DNA of 40,833 bases, taken from assembly GCF_004010195.1 (NCBI RefSeq), contig NC_057750.1, forward strand, positions 15,165,362-15,206,194, written 5' to 3'. The notes beneath the pieces were generated by a model. The model made no database searches, was not told where the DNA came from, and saw nothing but the letters and a program-made list of their open reading frames with translations. Position numbers and translations under genes: made by a program. Below, in pieces: positions 35,655 through 40,833 of the stretch. The DNA is from Chiloscyllium plagiosum (Eukaryota). Each line of letters starts with the position of its first letter. The stretch's first letter is position 1.

Positions 35655-35968
35655 TGTTTGTGTATTTGGGGATATGTGTGGTGTGTGCATGTACATGTCT
35701 GTGTATTTGGGGATATGTGTGGTGTGTGTGTATGTGTATTTGGGGATATGTATGTGTGTATGTCTGTGTATTTGGGGATATGTGTGGTGTGTGTGTGTAC
35801 ATCTCTGTGTACTTGGGGATGCGTGTGTGTGCGTGTATGTCTGTGTATTTGGGGATTCGTGTGTGTGCGTGTATGTCTGTGTATTTGGGGATGCGTGTGT
35901 GTGCATATATGTCTGTGTATTTGGGGATATGTGTGTGTGTGTGTGTATACATGTCTGTGTATTTGGGG
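35655..35968. repeat. Short satellite related to 31105-34167 (~30-40 bp units, core gtgtatttggggat)
   Basis: Shared tatttggggat core. Confidence 0.9.
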
Positions 35969-36984
35969 AGATCTGATCAAGCCTCTAGAGCATGATGTCA
36001 CCACTGCGTTGCCTTTTCGATGTGAGATTTTGAGCAGTCGTTTCGCCTGGGACTGGGCACCTTGTGCTGGAACGTTGCTGTTCAGGAAGTGCTGTGTCTG
36101 AGACCTTTAAGAATAACTGAGTCATTCAAACAAAGCAGAACAGTGGGGCAATAAATTACACACATGCTAGCGCGTGTCGCAACAAATTTCCAATTATCGT
36201 ACGGAATGAGTTGCATTCTGTGAAGTTGTTACATCACTCCACAGCGAAATATCAAGGAGACAGATGGATGAGGGGAGCAATGCCTTGTGAATGTAGCTTT
36301 TACTGTCAACTCTATAGAGCGGAGTTGGACCTGACACTGTGTAATAGGCCTTGAAGGGATTTGGCACTCTCTCAATGGACCCTGAGCTTATAGCCAAGTA
36401 CAAATCCACCAGCATCAGCCCAAACACCTGGAATATTACCTGATATGGGAATTACAGCCTCTAGTATATGGCATCAGCTCCTGCTCTGCACTTGGAGTCC
36501 AGGCATGTGTTTATAATAGAGGGGGCTATGTTATCTCCTAACACAGTGTTACCTCCAAATGCTGCAGATCTCTGGGTGAGATCGGAGCAGGGGACCCTGT
36601 ATAACTCACCCAATATATCTCACGATATTCCCACAATCCAACTGTGGGAGTAAACAGTGCCCTCAGACAGCGTCAAAAGGCTTTCAGAAATCCCAGAGCC
36701 CCCACCCCGCCGACAGATTGACCTGGAGCTGGAGCAGGATCCAGGCATCGCTTCAAGCTTCGTTTTCAGATTGAATCAGTCAGGAGTTTTTCTCACACAG
36801 GGAGCGATGTCACAATAGATTAAGTGTGACCTGCTCATGCAATTATTCCTGAAAGTAGGTGATTAAATGGAGTGTGCAATCTCCTGTAATCCCTGAGTCA
36901 ATGCTCCACCCAGCAAAGACAGTCAAGGCAATAACAATTCTGCTCTCGCTCCAGCTGTCATTTTTGGGATGGATTTATTCCTGG

Positions 36985-37290
36985 GATGTGCAAAGGTTAA
37001 TGTTCCATTCTCACCTGCCGGCCAGAACATTGAGGAGCTTCCCACGGGGTGAAATGCTGCTGTTTGTGGCAGGCCCAGCACTTGGTGCCCGTCCCCAATT
37101 GCCCCTCGCATTGGAAGGAGTCTCGGCCATTTTCAGAGGGTAGTCAGCAGTCCGCCGATGGAGCCTGGAGTCACACGTAGGTCAAGGACATGCCAGATTT
37201 TCAATGACAGCTGATCCGGGTTTGAGCCTGTCTCCACAGAGCAGGCCCTGGGTCTCTGGATTGCTCCAGTGAGCGATTGGTGTCACTTTC
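36985..37290 (-). mobile_element. Degraded copy of the second SINE family
   Basis: ccagcacttggtgcccgtccccaattgcccct, ctggagtcacacgtagg, gggtttgagcc, ctggatt. Confidence 0.5.
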
Positions 37291-37562
37291 AGTGGCTCCC
37301 CCTTCACTTTGGGAAAGAGCTCCCTCCACCCCAGGAATTGTGGGTCCTGAGCTGACAGCACGAGGCCTGTGGTGGTTGGAAGGGGTGAGATTTTCAGGTT
37401 TACCCGTACTCCGTCCATCATTAGAAACCTAGGCCTTTGTGGTAGTCAGGGATGGGTGTTGTGTGGCAGGGACAGGCTGAAGGAAGAGCATAGCCTTTTG
37501 GGGTTTAACAGGGTTCCAGAGGCTTAAGCCCCAATCACGGCAATGCAACCCATCCAACTCCT

Positions 37563-37782
37563 TCACCATACACACACACACTCACACATCACACTCACAC
37601 GCACACATACACACACACACATCACACACACACACATCACACTCACACTCACACACACACACATACACGCATCACACACACACCCCACACACACATCACA
37701 CACACATTACACACACACACACACACCACACACACACACATCACACACACACACATCACACTCACACGCACACATACACACA
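37563..37782. repeat. (CA)n microsatellite
   Basis: Direct inspection. Confidence 0.9.
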
Positions 37783-37784
37783 AG

Positions 37785-39105
37785 GTATGTCCTGTACATT
37801 GAAAACAGGACAAATCCAACTCATGCCCCACTCAATCATCAGTAAAGTGATGGAAGGGTAATCAACAGTGCGATCAAGCAGCACCTGTCTAGTAACACTC
37901 AGTTTGGGTTCCACCAGGGCCACTCAGCTCCTGACCTCATTACAGCCTCGATTCAAACATGGACAAAACAACTTATTCCAGAGGGGAGGGGAAATTGACA
38001 GTCCTTGACATCAAGGCTGCATTCAACTGAGTATAGCAGCAAGGAGCCCTAGGAAAATTGGAATCAGTAGGTATCAGGGATAAACTCTCTGGCAGTAGGA
38101 GTCATACCTGGCACATAGGCAAACAGTCATGGTTGTTGGAGGTCAGTCATCTTAGCTCCAGGACACCTCTGCAGGAGTTTCTCAGGATAGAGTCCTTGGC
38201 CCAACCAACTTAAGCTGCTTCATCAATTATCTTCCCTCCATCAGAAGGGGGAACGTTCACTGACAATTGTGCAAGGTTCAGCAGCATTCATGACTCCCGA
38301 GATGCTGAAGCAGTCTATGTTCAAATGCAACAAAATCTGGACAATATCCAGGCTTGGGCCGACAAAATAGCAAGTAACATTCATGCCAAACAAATGCCAG
38401 GCTGTGACCATCACCAATGAGAGACAATTTAACAATCACCCCCTTGGCAATCAATGATGTCACCATCATTAAATCCCCCATTAATCAACATCCTAGGGAT
38501 TACTCAACTGGACTCACCACATTAATACAGTAGCTACAAGAGCAGGTCAGAGTCTAGGAAAACTATAGCGAACAACTCATTTTCTGACTCCCCAAAGCCT
38601 GTCCACCACCTACAAGGCGCAAGTCAGGAGTGTGATGGAATATTCCTCACTTGCCTGGGCAAGTGTAGCTCCATTCAAGCAGCTCAATACCATCCAAGAC
38701 AAAACAGCCCGCCTGATTGGCTGTCCACTCCATTCATCACTATGCTCAGTAGCAGCAGTGTGCATGGTCTACAAGATGCATTGCTGAAATTCACCAAGGC
38801 TCCTCAGACAGCACCTTCTGAACCCATGTCCCCTTCCATCCGAAAGGACAAGGGCAGCAGATACATGGGAACACTGCCCCCACCCCCCACCGCGTGTTCC
38901 ATTCTGAGCCACTCACCATCCTGACACCGAAATGCAATGCCGTTCCTTCACTGTCGGTTGGATCAAAATCCTGGATCACCCCCCAACAGCACCCTCCATC
39001 ACACACTCTCCAGCAGTTTGAGAAGGCAGCTCAGCACCATCTTCTCAAGGGACAATGAGAGATGGGTCATAAATGCTGGGCCCAGCCAGCAACAGCCACA
39101 TCCCA
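37785..39105 (+). mobile_element. LINE family B, 5'-truncated, RT to 3' tail
   Basis: SIISKVMERVINSAIKQHL, QFGFHQGHSAPDLITA, LDIKAAF, YKAQVRSVMEYS; tail aaatgctgggcccagccagc..cacatccc. Confidence 0.9.
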
Positions 39106-39277
39106 ACAACAAGTGATTCTCTGGCTGTGATTACATAGTTAAGAATGGGCATAGCAGACCCATGGATCTGGATAGCAGTGGACAGGGCTCCGAGGAGGAT
39201 GGTATGATAGCCCTGCTAAAGGTAGACAGGTCTATACTGAAGAAGACGTGCAAAACATTTGTCACAGTCTTATAAGG

Positions 39278-39607
39278 TGTCACTTATACATGTGATAAGG
39301 GCAGCTGGCGATGGGATGACACACTGGTTGGAAGAGTTCTGGGAAAAGGGCCAACAGGTTGGAAGGCGATGACACGTTTACGGACCTGAGAGATGAAAGA
39401 GAGGTCAAAAATCAGATGAGCAAAGACAGAGGGGTCAATAGTTTGCTTTTTTGAGGAGTGGGTGACAACCATATCAAACCCCATCCCTTTCCTCTCCCAG
39501 GTCCTTAAACATGTCACCACCTCCCAACCCATTGTCCATCTTCCCAGAATTCCTCCAACCCGTAAGTCATCCCATCGCCAGCTGCCCTTATCACTATATA
39601 AGTGGCA
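39278..39607. repeat. Long fold-back made of two divergently oriented L2-like RT fragments
   Basis: 39292-39320 is the exact reverse complement of 39566-39594; pairing continues without indels to 39402/39484; translations ISNPIPFLSQVLKHVTTSQ (+) and KKQTIDPSVFAH..DLSFISQVRKRVIAFQ (-) resemble the L2 motif KKPxLDPxxxxNYRPISNLPFLSKVLERVVxxQ. Confidence 0.9.
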
Positions 39608-40075
39608 GGAGGGGAGGCTGGATGCTCTGCTGTTTAATGGAGGGAGCAGGAGGTGGCTCCCCCGGACCCGTGGGAATCAGAGAGAGAGAGCACGAGGGGG
39701 AGTCACTTCCCCCAACCTCTCCCTGCGTGGCTAAGTGTCAGAGTTCGAACTGAAGTGCGCTAAAGGTGCGATACAAATTCAAGTTGTTGTTGCGGCCTGC
39801 TCCAGATGGCTAGCATTCTGACTGGTCTGTCAGTGGGCCTGGCCTGGAATTTGGGGTTGAAGGGGCAAGAACTCAACCAGTTCAGGTCCGTACTTGAGTG
39901 AAGGAAATGTGCCGTCCTTGTCCTTGGGCCGATACGTGACTCCAGGTGCACCTCTCAGGTTTGGGCAATAAATTATGCCTTACTTGTGTCACATAAATCC
40001 CAGAATTACAATGGAACTTTCAGACCAGACTATCTCCAGTTGCCTTCCTCCCTGAACTAATGGGGAGGGTGAAAT

Positions 40076-40356
40076 AATTAGATTAGATTCCCTACAGTGT
40101 GGAAACAGGCCCTTCAGCCCAACCAGTCCACACTGACCCACGCAGACCCACTTCCCTCTGACTAATGCACCTAACATTATGACTAATTCACCTAACCTGC
40201 AGATCTTTGGACTATGGGAGGAAACTGGAGCACCTGGGGGAAACCCTCGCAGACACGGGGAGAACGTGCAAACTCCACACTGACTGAGGCTGGAATCAAA
40301 CCTGGGACTCTGGTGCTGTGAGGCAGCAGTGCTAACTACTGAGCCACTGTGCCACC
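40076..40356 (-). mobile_element. HE1-type SINE with (aatct)n tail
   Basis: Reverse complement gggtggcacagtggctcagtagttagcactgctgcctcacagc; B box ggtttgattcc. Confidence 0.92.
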
Positions 40357-40429
40357 CTCTGGTTTGTTCAATCAATCTCACAAAGTGTCCATTGAGACTG
40401 ACACCATTTATCCACCTCCTGTATAGGGT

Positions 40430-40833
40430 TAGGGAGGGAAAGAGACAGACAGGAAGAGAGAGAGAGGGATGGATAGAGAGTGAAAGAGACAGATGAGAGA
40501 CAGACAGTGAGTAAGAGTTAGATCTAGAGACAGATAGATAGAGAGGCAGAGACTGAGAGGGAGAGCTTGGGAGAGTGAGAGAAATAGAGAGAGTGAGACT
40601 GCAAGAGAGGGAAAAGATAGAGGGATAAAGACAGAGGCTGAGCGACAAATGAGGGCAAATCAGGAGATAGATAGAGAGAAACAGCAGGAGAATTAGTCAG
40701 AGACAGATGGAAAGATACAGAAAGAAAAAGGAGAAATATAAAGGGATATGTAAACAGGTCGGGTGAAAAGTAGAGGGAGAGAGGAAATCAGGGATTCAGG
40801 GACACAAAAAGGTAGACTTAGAGACAGGGAGAC
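40430..40833. repeat. GA-rich low-complexity tract
   Basis: Direct inspection. Confidence 0.8.

Noticed and set aside
39237..39262. ctgaagaagacgtgcaaaacattt as a fourth hammerhead
   Set aside because: No convincing helix II and no GAAA

Overview
This is non-coding, repeat-dominated vertebrate DNA, almost certainly from a shark. It carries seven HE1-type tRNA-derived SINEs, many CR1/HER1 LINE fragments and the typical elasmobranch ~68-bp minisatellite; a carpet or bamboo shark scaffold is my guess. I recognise no host protein-coding gene. The long ORFs in the track are read-throughs of satellites or N-gaps, or are decayed retrotransposon RT. The window holds at least three satellite families, several nested retroelement insertions with readable target-site duplications (CR1, a second APE-type LINE, Tx1/L1, a Gypsy-like LTR, Penelope-derived fold-backs, a Tigger-like MITE, Deu-SINEs) and four gaps totalling 3,084 N. 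Three signals stand out. (1) An indel-free fold-back of at least 111 bp at 39278-39607, built from two inverted L2-RT fragments, whose transition mismatches are G-U compatible on the minus strand in 11 of 12 cases. (2) Three sequence-unrelated Penelope-type fold-back elements that each keep a minimal hammerhead-ribozyme core with a different, base-paired helix II. (3) A perfect DR1 plus HNF1-like site cluster next to a Deu-SINE, upstream of candidate minus-strand exons. All family names come from recalled consensus motifs and translations, not from database searches.
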